Shown here piece after piece: positions 51,531 to 61,115 of a DNA stretch of 64,000 nt. The position numbers were made by a program, and so were the translations under genes. The notes beneath the pieces are model-generated. The model was given only the letters and a program-made list of their open reading frames with translations, did not search any database and was not told the DNA's origin. The DNA is from a virus. The DNA lies in the IMG/VR virus record IMGVR_UViG_3300045988_085724, positions 33,123 through 97,122 of that record, one strand, 5' to 3'. Position 1 is the first letter of the stretch, and every line of letters begins with the position of its first letter.

Positions 51531-51983
51531 ATGGCAAAAGAAACTAAAAAAGTAGAGGTAGCAAAAACAGTAGTTGACGAAAACAATGTTCTTGATACAA
51601 TCAAGAATGGTAACAAAATGCCAGATGGCTTGGCTGATGAGGTAAAGAACGAAATCGCCGAAGAGGAGAAAAAGAAGAAGAAGAGTATCCTCAAGGAGAA
51701 GATCTTGAAGGCCGGCTATTGGAACAAGAAGGAACTACTGCAACTGCGCCAGCGTCGTCGCGAGGAGAAGGCGACAAAGGAAGCTCTGACTCGCTCAAAA
51801 GAGCAGTTAGATAATTTGGCAAGTGGCAAAATCACGCCTGTCGAGTACGAAGAAGAGCTTAAGAAGTCTCAACAAGAGAAGGATAAGGCCATTCGTGAGA
51901 GTAACGAGGCATATCGCAAGGAATTGCGTGAACTTCAGAATTCTCTCGAAGGCGACTACGTCTGGGATTGGGACCGCTACTAA
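51531..51983 (+). CDS. K/E-rich coiled-coil protein (150 aa)
   Basis: Intact ORF ending in TAA. Confidence 0.6.
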   Translation: MAKETKKVEVAKTVVDENNVLDTIKNGNKMPDGLADEVKNEIAEEEKKKKKSILKEKILKAGYWNKKELLQLRQRRREEKATKEALTRSKEQLDNLASGKITPVEYEEELKKSQQEKDKAIRESNEAYRKELRELQNSLEGDYVWDWDRY

Positions 51984-52494
51984 AAGCTCGATTCATAAAT
52001 TGAATTCAGATCATAGAACCTTTGAGTCACATGATTACGTGGAGGGGGAAGTTAACGCTTGGGATCTGGCATTATGCTTCAGTTGCGGAACACCACGAGA
52101 CATGAATTGACATGTCATACAGAGCCTAGAGCCAGTTATGAATTCAGATGCCGAACTTACGGTAGTTTAAATATAAGTCACATGATCAAAAGAATTGAAT
52201 CTTAGCGAGTCATTGGAGCCTCGACAAGGTTAGCATTGGTTAACTACGTCGACTGAGATGTAAATCAAAAATGTTGAAAGCGACATGCAAGAGTCTTAGA
52301 ACCAGTCATATCACCGCTTGTATTAAGCCAAATAAAGCCGTTTTAAAGCGTTATTAATCGATTGTGAAGTAGCTAATCACATGAGACCAAATAACGTCTT
52401 AAAACGGCTTAAAACAGGCTTAAATCAAATGTTCTATCTGATCAATAGAACATTTACAAAGAATAATAGCATGTATGAGGTAATTTACGAAGAC

Positions 52495-52539
52495 GAGGGT
52501 TCGAATCCCTCATGGTCCACGTCTACATAGACATTTTTT
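52495..52539 (+). other. tRNA 3'-half-like module + terminator
   Basis: GAGGG-TTCGAAT-CCCTC-ATGGTCC-A, then GTCT-ACAT-AGAC-ATTTTTT. No matching 5' acceptor strand was found within about 130 nt. Confidence 0.45.
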
Positions 52540-52559
52540 CATAATAAGGAAAACTATCG

Positions 52560-52592
52560 CCAATGTGGTTCGTGAGAATAGCATTGGTTTTT
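52560..52592 (+). terminator. hairpin with conserved loop GGTTCGTGAGAATA + T-run (copy 1)
   Basis: CCAATG-TGGTTCGTGAGAATAG-CATTGG-TTTTT. Confidence 0.5.
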
Positions 52593-52735
52593 AACAAGGG
52601 CCATACTGGATTTGATTCGTAAAGGAAGTAAATACGTTAAGTGCTACTATATAAATTCAACTGGCAACTATAATGTTGTAGATTACACACATGTAGCATG
52701 AGTGTAATCTGAGTGTTTCCTACTAAAGTGGAGGA

Positions 52736-52793
52736 AGATGTAATACGATAGGCGTACATTGTGGTTCGAGTCCACTACATCTACGAAATTTAT
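52736..52793 (+). other. mini tRNA-like element (acceptor + T arm + one short hairpin)
   Basis: AGATGTA..TACG-ATAGG-CGTA..GTGG-TTCGAGT-CCAC-TACATCT-A. Confidence 0.4.
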
Positions 52794-52829
52794 TTGTCTA
52801 TTGTTTATGAAAAGTTATTAGAGTAGTAG

Positions 52830-52858
52830 TGCACGGTTCGTGAGAATAGTGCATTTTT
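52830..52858 (+). terminator. hairpin with conserved loop GGTTCGTGAGAATA + T-run (copy 2)
   Basis: TGCAC-GGTTCGTGAGAATA-GTGCA-TTTTT. The stem differs from copy 1 while the loop is identical. Confidence 0.5.
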
Positions 52859-52867
52859 AATTTGATT

Positions 52868-53320
52868 ATGAGTAATACAGGATATAAAGCTATGTTACGA
52901 GACAGAGTCCCGTACGTAGTAAATCTAGCATTACTATGGTGTAATTCCAAAGGAAGCTGGATTAATCATGTCTATGAAACGCAAATCGCTATTTATGTGA
53001 ATAAAAAAGATCGAGACGATGCCACACGAAACGTATTAGGTCTTAAAAAGCATAATAAAGGATTTAACTTTCATAAATCTATTGATTGGGGTAACCTAAG
53101 TGTAGATGATAAAACCAAATGGGAAAACATCGAAGCATGGGTTACTTGGTTCCAAGTTCATCATATGTATATCAAATATATATGTGATTGTGCTTTAGCG
53201 AAAGGTGAAAAAGTAGACACTATCAAAGAAAGTGTCAAAAAATATCTTTCGTCCTCTGTTGATCCCAGTTTATGGGATAAGTTGGTAACATTCTTAATTA
53301 ATAATTTAGTTTATGAATAG
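52868..53320 (+). CDS. hypothetical protein (150 aa); TAG-terminated
   Basis: Runs from ATG 52868 to TAG 53318-53320, overlapping the next ATG. Confidence 0.55.
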   Translation: MSNTGYKAMLRDRVPYVVNLALLWCNSKGSWINHVYETQIAIYVNKKDRDDATRNVLGLKKHNKGFNFHKSIDWGNLSVDDKTKWENIEAWVTWFQVHHMYIKYICDCALAKGEKVDTIKESVKKYLSSSVDPSLWDKLVTFLINNLVYE

Positions 53321-53759
53321 TTTCCCCTATATTTTAACACAACGTCTAATGTTAGAAAAACTAAGATTGGGCGTAAATGTTGATGTTTCTAATGTAAATA
53401 CTATGAGTGAAACTTTGACGGCGTTGCGTATCGCAAGCAATCAAGGCGTTAATGCTGGAAAAGTGTATATACCAGAAGTATTTATTAGAGGCATTTCGTG
53501 GTCAAAACAAAATCAAAGAATCTTAGAATATTTAGCTTCAAGTAAGATATTTCAAAATAGAGCAATATGGGTATATCGTAATATAATCATAACTTGTAAC
53601 ACAGATGAGTGGACTACAGGTGATGTCAAAATACGAATAGCCTCCAGCGCTATGAGATGTTTGTTTGACAAAGATGATTACATATACATATGTGATTCTC
53701 TTTTAGCCAATATTAAAGATTTGAGAGAATGTTTGATAAACGAATCGCTGCCATTTTGA
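53313..53759 (+). CDS. hypothetical protein (148 aa)
   Basis: Intact ORF ending in TGA. Confidence 0.55.
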   Translation: MNSFPYILTQRLMLEKLRLGVNVDVSNVNTMSETLTALRIASNQGVNAGKVYIPEVFIRGISWSKQNQRILEYLASSKIFQNRAIWVYRNIIITCNTDEWTTGDVKIRIASSAMRCLFDKDDYIYICDSLLANIKDLRECLINESLPF

Positions 53760-53868
53760 GCAGCACCCGTGTCTCCAAAGAGAGTAGTGTTTAATCACAA
53801 CACGGGACATTATGAGCACCGTCTCTTACGTCAGTGACAGACTAATAACCGGTTAAAATTTGTTGATT

Positions 53869-54423
53869 ATGAAGAATCCTAAGATTACCCAAGAGGAGAT
53901 TCGTCTAATCAAGGACGCAAAGGCTGGAAATATACTAGCCTTTAATAAACTTTTTTATCGCTATAAAGGCTTCGTAGACAATGTGCTGTATCAGTACATT
54001 AAAGACTACGATGAAGCGAAGGACATTACTAATATAGTATTCCTTAAAGTTTATGAAAAACTCTCGACTTTCGTAGATTATGACTCTTTTGGAGGATGGC
54101 TACGAATTATTGCTAATAGAACGGCTATAGATTACCTGCGTAAAATCGGGGACAAAAACAGAATGCTTGGAGATAACGACAACAAAGTGTCACTGGAACA
54201 AATAGATTCTACGGAGCACGATGCGGTCAATCGAATTACGTATGAACAACTATTGAAAGAGTTTGACCGACTCAATCCAGTTCACAAGCAAATATGCCTG
54301 TTATTCTATAAAGATAATCTAACGGTTGATCAAATTAGCAAAACTTTAAACATTTCACCTGGTACGATTAAGTCTATACTTTCTCGTACGAGAACAAAAA
54401 TCATTAAACGCTTTAAACAGTAA
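53869..54423 (+). CDS. ECF-type sigma-70 family RNA polymerase sigma factor
   Basis: Region 2 reads ..FNKLFYRYKGFVDNVLYQYI..AKDITNIVFLKVY..GGWLRIIANRTAIDYLRK. The region 4.2 helix-turn-helix reads LTVDQISKTLNISPGTIKSILSRTRTKI. Confidence 0.8.
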   Translation: MKNPKITQEEIRLIKDAKAGNILAFNKLFYRYKGFVDNVLYQYIKDYDEAKDITNIVFLKVYEKLSTFVDYDSFGGWLRIIANRTAIDYLRKIGDKNRMLGDNDNKVSLEQIDSTEHDAVNRITYEQLLKEFDRLNPVHKQICLLFYKDNLTVDQISKTLNISPGTIKSILSRTRTKIIKRFKQ

Positions 54424-54424
54424 A

Positions 54425-54853
54425 ATGGCATTATTTTGGTTCATTTGCGGGATATTGTTAATATGCGGAATCGCCCGATATAACGAATCCAACAAATTGT
54501 TCTGGACATTGCTGGTATCCTTCGTAGGTACCTTTGCTGCTGCAAGCATCGTTATTGCAACATGTAATAACGACACGAAGAACGTTAAGACTAATGTTAG
54601 CCCCACACAGTTGTATGTAAGCACACAACTTCCGTCGCTTTATGCCATGGACATGACTTACGATACCACTTACGATGTACCTACAAGTACATCAGTCACT
54701 GTGAGTAAGGATTACTACATTAGTAACGACGTTCTCTCGGACAGCAGAGTAAGTAACTTAGAAGATAAACCACCACAATCCAAACAATTATGTTACAATA
54801 TTTCGATACCTCTTAAATTAAGTAAGTTTAATCCAATTAAAGATTCATCGTGA
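54425..54853 (+). CDS. two-TM membrane protein, candidate anti-sigma factor
   Basis: It starts 1 nt after the sigma gene stop. N-terminus MALFWFICGILLICGIA...LFWTLLVSFVGTFAAASIVIA. Confidence 0.4.
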   Translation: MALFWFICGILLICGIARYNESNKLFWTLLVSFVGTFAAASIVIATCNNDTKNVKTNVSPTQLYVSTQLPSLYAMDMTYDTTYDVPTSTSVTVSKDYYISNDVLSDSRVSNLEDKPPQSKQLCYNISIPLKLSKFNPIKDSS

Positions 54854-54886
54854 ACTACTTGTATACCACAATGAGTTCACAAGTTA

Positions 54887-54911
54887 TTAACATTAAAAAC
54901 ATTTATCAAAA
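54887..54911 (+). promoter_or_regulatory. conserved leader TTAACATTAAAAACATTTATCAAAA-ATG
   Basis: See 50385-50410. Confidence 0.5.
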
Positions 54912-56279
54912 ATGGCAAACAAAAATAAAAAGAGCGTTATTCCTACCGCTCCTAGAACTAAGAAGGAAGAGAGCGTAAACAGCGGTGAGAAGACAAACAC
55001 CACCGTAGAAGTAATTGATGCAAAATCGCTGAAGAACTTGACTCAGCCTAAACAGCAAGCAGGTCTTGATGCAAACCATCAAGTAGACGTGCTGATGGGC
55101 CTTAAGGCCTATTTCCACGACGATCCGTCTGCAGAGGCTAAGTTCGGCAAAGACCCTGTTGATAAGATCAACCGTCTGACAGCGATTGGTTTCGCCACGG
55201 CATTCGTACAAGAGGCCTTTAACGGTGATAACAACTGGGCAGCTACTATGCGTACAGCACAGTTAGAGGAACTTAAGGCAGTAGCCCCGATGATCGGTTT
55301 TACGATCGATACGAAACTGCTTCCAAAGCCTGACGAGGCGGGTAACGTAGTTGTCCCTGCAAAAGCTGTAAAGGTAACTAAGGAGACCAAGAAAAAGCTA
55401 GAAGCAGAGAAGAAGATTATCAACTCTAAGCCGATCATCGATCCTACTAAGATCGAAAACGAAGATCAGCTGAAACAGAGTTTGACCTTCATGTTGTCCG
55501 ATCCGTCTGTACGTCGTCCCTATGACAGAATCGTACGCGCAACTGAGTTTCTTCGCTCCTATCAGCTTTTACAGGCCAATGGTAACGAGGATACCACTAC
55601 TTCCACTAACAGTAAGTCCATATCAGATCTTCTTGAGGAAGTACGTGTGCTAGTCGGAGAAATCCCCTTCTCTACTGTAGGCCTCAGTCACTTCATTTAC
55701 CTCAAAACTTTAGAGTCAAAGAGCCCAATATTCGCATTCTGTCTGTTACGCAATGCGTCTAAGAATAAGGAAACTGATGTTGTTCCTGTAAACGACAATG
55801 TAATTGCAGCAATGGTTCGTACTCTGGTAAACTGGACAAACGAGCCTAAGCTTATTGAAGATACTAAGAATCTTGAGCGTGCTAAAACAGAACTTGCTGC
55901 TGGTAACGTAAATCAAGACTACGTTGATGCTGTACAGCACAATGTAGATTATCGCAAAGAACTGTTTGAAGCAGTTACAAACTGTCCGACAGACTTTGCA
56001 GACAACTTGCTTGACAACCTTAATAGCGAGGATAAAGAGCTGCGTAAAGCTGCATGTCTGGCAGAAAGTGGCATACTTAAGTCATACTATCCTTCATTGG
56101 AGAGTGTTGACGCAGCTGGAGAACAGAAGGATCAGCTCATGCATGACATACAGCAGCGTGCGGGTATCATCACCAACCTGTTCCGCGATCCTCTCTCACA
56201 GGATATCCGATACAGTGAGACAAACCTCTCTTATGAGGCACCTAAAACTGAAGAAAAGAAGACTGAAGAAAAAAACTGA
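54912..56279 (+). CDS. abundant-looking middle protein (455 aa), function unknown
   Basis: Intact ORF with GC-richer codon usage, a basic N-terminus and an acidic/K-rich C-terminus. Confidence 0.7.
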   Translation: MANKNKKSVIPTAPRTKKEESVNSGEKTNTTVEVIDAKSLKNLTQPKQQAGLDANHQVDVLMGLKAYFHDDPSAEAKFGKDPVDKINRLTAIGFATAFVQEAFNGDNNWAATMRTAQLEELKAVAPMIGFTIDTKLLPKPDEAGNVVVPAKAVKVTKETKKKLEAEKKIINSKPIIDPTKIENEDQLKQSLTFMLSDPSVRRPYDRIVRATEFLRSYQLLQANGNEDTTTSTNSKSISDLLEEVRVLVGEIPFSTVGLSHFIYLKTLESKSPIFAFCLLRNASKNKETDVVPVNDNVIAAMVRTLVNWTNEPKLIEDTKNLERAKTELAAGNVNQDYVDAVQHNVDYRKELFEAVTNCPTDFADNLLDNLNSEDKELRKAACLAESGILKSYYPSLESVDAAGEQKDQLMHDIQQRAGIITNLFRDPLSQDIRYSETNLSYEAPKTEEKKTEEKN

Positions 56280-56374
56280 TTCAGTCCACTAAAGAGAAAA
56301 TCTCAGCTTTAGGAGGACGAGTGAAACAATGGTGGGACAATGTTAAACCATATTAGAGATTATCAAAATCAACT

Positions 56375-56809
56375 ATGCGAAAGTTAACAACAATCCTATG
56401 CAGCATTGCCTTTGCATTATCAGGTATTTGCCTGGCAAAGATAACAACTGCTAATTCTTCAACATCATCTCAAGTTATGGCAGCTACTATGCCTGATATT
56501 AACTTGAATGATATAAAGTTGCCTAAAGACCTTACATTAGATCTACAGCAACAGGATAGTATTCGTTCACCCGGCAAACCGGATACTGTCTACTTAGAAA
56601 AGCCGGAAGTAAAAACCAAAAAATCTAAGAAGGTTCGCGCACCTCGAAGAGTAGCAACGAAGACAGTCCACGTCCCAGTTGTCTATCTAATAACGCGTAT
56701 GGATAACAAGGAAGACTCCATTGGTCATGATAGCCTACCGATCTACAAAGTAGAAAAAGTAGGAAAAATTGATCTAAAAAAGTTCAATTCCTCCATAGAT
56801 ATTAATTAG
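56375..56809 (+). CDS. secreted/anchored protein (144 aa); TAG-terminated
   Basis: Signal-like MRKLTTILCSIAFALSGICLA; the stop is TAG 56807-56809. Confidence 0.55.
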   Translation: MRKLTTILCSIAFALSGICLAKITTANSSTSSQVMAATMPDINLNDIKLPKDLTLDLQQQDSIRSPGKPDTVYLEKPEVKTKKSKKVRAPRRVATKTVHVPVVYLITRMDNKEDSIGHDSLPIYKVEKVGKIDLKKFNSSIDIN

Positions 56810-58982
56810 TATTTTAGTTTTGGATTGTGCAGTTATGCGCTACATGATCCAAAACCTATGGGTAAGTACTTATAGTAGGTCTCATTAGCCTATGTACGAA
56901 ATTTATACTTGATCCGAGAATATGTTAGCCGTCTCAAACGGTGAGATCACTCAAAAGGTAGGATGAAATGCATTGTATACTGAAAATATATAATGTAAGT
57001 AGGATTAGCGCTGTATCAGATCCTAGAAACTATATAACTGGACTTGTGAGAACCGATTGGAGACAAGCTGGATGAAGAAGTATGGTTTTGAAACGCATAA
57101 GTCTCAAAAAGAGCATAATGAACCGTATCGGAATTATATTCAATGATACTAAGAATATACGAACGACACACGAGATGAAACATATCTATTAATATCGAAA
57201 ACTTATATTGTGGGAAACTATATACATGGTATGGTATAGTTTGCAATGATATCAGTATAAGACGAGAGTAGATGACCAACCGTAGATATGAGTATCACAA
57301 AAATAGCTGTAGCATAGTGTTCCTTGGTTCCAACCCAAGTATGAAGGTGTGAAGAAAATACACAGATTGTTCTATATCATAAGGATAATACTTATGAAGT
57401 GTATCGTAAATATGCTGTCTATGTAAATCCCTGCTGTTAGATTCAGCACATCTCCGTTGAAGGGGAGCCAGTGATGGGGTAAAACGACTGATACAAGATG
57501 AAGTGTGACCGACAGGCTTTTGTAGTTTATCGGTATATAAAAGAGAAACTACCAGGAGGGTAGGGCAGACCCTTAGTTAGGTTATGATGATTGTATATCA
57601 TAATCTATGCGCGATACGAGGCCGCGAACAAAGTCTGATATGAATACACTAAGTTCAGTAAGCAGAATGATGTGTATTGGACATAGTATAAAAAACTATG
57701 CCGATTCCGGTGATTACGTTATAATCGAAAAACTCTTGATCAGAGAACAGATCATTTACGTAAGTCGATTCGACACTGTACACACCAGTACTGCATGAGA
57801 TCGCTTTCGTTTCAAGACAGATGATAGTTAGAAGGTTCAACTATGTATACATATATTACAGTCCCTGTGGGATAGAATCCGTTATACTGTAACTGCGTAT
57901 GCATTTTGAAATAAGGTACTTCTTACAAAGATAAGTCAGCGATAAAATTAAGAATTAACATGTTTAACAAAAATTAGGTGTCCCCAGATAGCGAAAAACC
58001 TACGTTGTAAGTAGGGAGTAGTGAAGTCTGAAGCCTGAGTACCAACCGTTATATGTAACCAGAACTAAAGTATGGACAGCAAATCCATGCGTAAACTCTA
58101 AAGGTAGGCATAATACATGGAAATGATGGGCAGCTTTAAGGAGCTATGAGACGCAGTGCAATAGCGTATGCAGGTGATGTATCGAAAACATCTCTTACTA
58201 TCCACTGTCTCTGGATGTGTAAGAAACTCTTAAAGTGGGTGACAAGTGAAAGTGTATGAGTTGAAATCTCAATATTCGTGTACTATAAATAAATGAGGTA
58301 GAAACACCAAGAACAGAAAGTCCGTAGGATCGCAGATACCCCCTGAAGGCATAGATCGTTCGATAACGAAACGCACTCCTTGCGTAAACAGCTACACACG
58401 CACGTAGTAAATAGGAAAACCGTCAACAGGACATCCTCAGACGTAAAATTCAGGATGCGCGAGCAAGCGGCTACAGCTTGTATGAATAGATTTGTAGTTA
58501 AAATAGGGAAACTGTCAAAGATATTCAAAGACATTGTGGGTTAAGATACATATTGCGCATTAGTCCAATTGGAAATTTTGCCGATTGTCTAACAATCAGT
58601 ATCAAGAAGCGTACGGAAGATCTTCGTACAATATTTATCTATAAATAAATATGACATCATACATAAACGTAGATGTCTAAAACAAGATTGATTTCTTCAT
58701 AGCAGCATTCAAAGCTTTACCAAAATACAGACGATGGGCTTAGCTAATCATACCGTTTGATTCCCGTTGCGCAATTGAGCTTCATTTTAAGGAATATAAA
58801 ACACAACTATATCTGTATAAAGCGTGGTTCCCATTAGCACACCAACTGTATGCAAGCAATATATTTAACATAAATACACCTAAGTGACTCTCCGAAGCAG
58901 TGTATTTTCTTTTTTTAATTAACATTATTAACAAAAAATATCGTTGGTTTAATCAAAAACGATATCAAAAAGGATATTTTTT
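56810..58982 (+). other. 2.2-kb ORF-free, GC-enriched, purine-rich region (candidate large structured RNA)
   Basis: All six frames are dense in all three stop codons. It has many local hairpins (e.g. CTCC-GTTGAAG-GGGAG and GTACGGAAG-AT-CTTCGTAC), and its GC is visibly above the flanks. Confidence 0.45.
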
Positions 58983-59591
58983 ATGGCAACAACAACAATT
59001 AACGTAAATGTACAAAACGCCCTGTCGGGCAATCGTAACCCTATCTCATTGATGGGTGCTAACCTTGGTAAACAATTCTTCACAACAGAGGTCCGCGACT
59101 GTTGGCCCAACTTTGAGAAGGAAAAGAACGCTATCCAGATGAACGAGCAGAAGACGCTGATCACTAATCGTTCACCTCGTCGCTATCGTATTAACGCTAA
59201 AGATATCTATGGTATCATAATCGATACCGATATCAATAACAATCCGGTGATCAAGATCAATCCCCATAAGGACGGTCTTGCTGATGCCATCATCGCAATC
59301 TCTTCAGACATGAAGGATTACGGTGTAGTAACCGAAGAGGCTGTCAAGGAGGCATTGAAAAATGCCAATGATCCTAACTCGACGGCGACACACGCATTCA
59401 AGGATCCGCAGAAGCTGATCCAGTTTATGAATGCGCTTAATCAGAGTGAGTACGAAAGTATTCAGACTCTGATCGATGCTCTCTGCAAAATGCAACAGAG
59501 TATCAAGTCAGCTATGGCTGATAACACAAAGAAAGTAAACGACTATATGGAACAACTCAATAGTCGTGTGGACATTAATGTTCATGACTAA
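58983..59591 (+). CDS. hypothetical protein (202 aa)
   Basis: Intact ORF with GC-richer codon usage. Confidence 0.65.
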   Translation: MATTTINVNVQNALSGNRNPISLMGANLGKQFFTTEVRDCWPNFEKEKNAIQMNEQKTLITNRSPRRYRINAKDIYGIIIDTDINNNPVIKINPHKDGLADAIIAISSDMKDYGVVTEEAVKEALKNANDPNSTATHAFKDPQKLIQFMNALNQSEYESIQTLIDALCKMQQSIKSAMADNTKKVNDYMEQLNSRVDINVHD

Positions 59592-60166
59592 TGAAACGCT
59601 GCTTGTCACCTGGTTCGGTAGCACTCATCAAGTATTTGTTGAGTGACGAACGAATCTCTGACAAGGTATTTAACAACACTAAAGATAAAGCTAAGTATAA
59701 ATCGATAACTATCCGAGAAGATGGTACGATTATACTTGGCAAAACAAGTTGTCTTTGGTGGAATCAGTTATTGGCTTGTCAGGATAAAATTCCATTCAAC
59801 GATTTTGCGTTGAAAGTATGGGACGCTTTGGTAAACCTCTCTACAGGAGGTAATTCTGAAGCACTTGAACACGGACTTAGTACTGAGATTGCGAACTTAT
59901 CACAACGCGAAGGCGATTACGATAATTTAGTTCATCGTTTGGTGGACTGCTATGAACATGTATGTAATAATAAGGGAAAACTGCCTCTCGAGGGAGGCTC
60001 GGAGAAGTCGGATCTGGAAGGGACTCTTAAAAAGCATATTAATGTTCCGAGCAATATCGTGATCAACGTCGATGGAGTGAAAAAGAAAACTCTCTCTTTC
60101 AACGATAGTTTTGGTGATAAATGGATTGATGTAGATTTGGGAGTGACAGGAGTAAGTATTCGATAG
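59591..60166 (+). CDS. hypothetical protein (191 aa)
   Basis: ATG overlaps the previous TAA (TAATG). It ends in TAG-TAA. Confidence 0.6.
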   Translation: MKRCLSPGSVALIKYLLSDERISDKVFNNTKDKAKYKSITIREDGTIILGKTSCLWWNQLLACQDKIPFNDFALKVWDALVNLSTGGNSEALEHGLSTEIANLSQREGDYDNLVHRLVDCYEHVCNNKGKLPLEGGSEKSDLEGTLKKHINVPSNIVINVDGVKKKTLSFNDSFGDKWIDVDLGVTGVSIR

Positions 60167-60473
60167 TAATTAAGGTAATTATATAAATCTTGCGGGATTT
60201 CGTGCTGTATTACCGAGGTATTTATAGCACATCTTACTAAGATTATTAAAGAGTATTTATAAATGTTATAACTGATCTATATTACCATATATCAGCAAAA
60301 TAGCGGCGTATCTATCCTAAACGATTTGTATTACAAATCAGAGCATTGTATCTGCGGATTTCAATGTTCAAGGGTAGATATGTCAATTTATTATACAGTT
60401 GTACGTATAATAAATACAGGTAGATGATGAACTCGAATTCAACTAACTGAAGTTTAATTTAAATCAAAACTAT

Positions 60474-61019
60474 ATGAATAAGACATCAATGAAATTGAAT
60501 TCAAGTAACATTATTAACATTCGTAAAGATCTTTGTGAGAAGATAACGAAGTATTGGCGAACTATTCGTAACGAAAACGTTATGTCAACTAAAGCGATTA
60601 AGGCAGGACTCGGTTCGGGTTGTGACCTTAAATCTTTGCATAATGAGATTACTCAGATGGCAGAAAAGCGTATCATAGTTAAAGGTATGCTAATGTATCT
60701 TAATATGGGCCTAAAGTTTGACTTGGCCGCATTTAAGAAGAGCAATAACTATGCTATTTTTGCAGCATGCGAGGCAAAAGAAGCAATTGCTCAACTCAAA
60801 ATGATTCCTACTATCAACCCTGTAGAAAAATCGCAAAAAGGGCTAAAGGGTACTGGAAAGAAGGAAACATTCACTAGTGCAAAAATTGCACAATTGATAA
60901 AGAATCTTCAGTTGAAGGCGAATAAATATGACTCTCAATTGGAGAAATTTAATACAGAGACTACAATCGATATTCCCGAAAGCTTATCTAATATGTTTAA
61001 GGACGATATCGCTGTATAA
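60474..61019 (+). CDS. hypothetical protein (181 aa)
   Basis: Intact ORF. Confidence 0.6.
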   Translation: MNKTSMKLNSSNIINIRKDLCEKITKYWRTIRNENVMSTKAIKAGLGSGCDLKSLHNEITQMAEKRIIVKGMLMYLNMGLKFDLAAFKKSNNYAIFAACEAKEAIAQLKMIPTINPVEKSQKGLKGTGKKETFTSAKIAQLIKNLQLKANKYDSQLEKFNTETTIDIPESLSNMFKDDIAV

Positions 61020-61115
61020 AATAACTCTGACTCGGTGTGAAGGACCTTATAGGTAACTATAATTACAGATCGTGGCTGTAACGAGTCACTTCCCTTTTTC
61101 TCTAAGTAATAACAT

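Larger units (their letters stand above)
51990..52860 (+). ncRNA. ORF-free structured region with tRNA-like modules
   Basis: About 870 nt with no credible ORF. It has a 16-bp long-range helix (52337-52352 / 52393-52408), an 8-bp/7-nt-loop hairpin (TGTTCTAT-CTGATCA-ATAGAACA), two T-arm/acceptor modules and terminator-like hairpins. Confidence 0.5.

Noticed and set aside
52015-52029. Exact 15-nt repeat AGAACCTTTGAGTCA at 52015-52029 and 62825-62839 (the PolB leader), each followed by an ATGAT-like start
   Set aside because: One or two exact 15-mers are expected by chance among all position pairs in 64 kb, more so in AT-rich DNA. Similarity decays immediately outside the core. It is not enough to claim a recombination scar or a shared regulatory element.
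51990-52520. tmRNA hypothesis for the tRNA 3'-half-like end at 52495-52519 (TCGAC-containing segment at about 52,215)
   Set aside because: No 5' strand complementary to ATGGTCC was found at a plausible distance. No resume codon or tag ORF ending in the usual ..ALAA-type sequence was seen.
57016-58534. Short ORFs inside the 2.2-kb region (57016..57279 -, 57607..57798 +, 57655..57840 -, 58283..58534 -)
   Set aside because: They are barely above the 60-aa cutoff, mutually overlapping and of random-looking composition, with no leaders like neighbouring genes. All three stop codons are frequent in every frame, so no recoding rescues longer ORFs.
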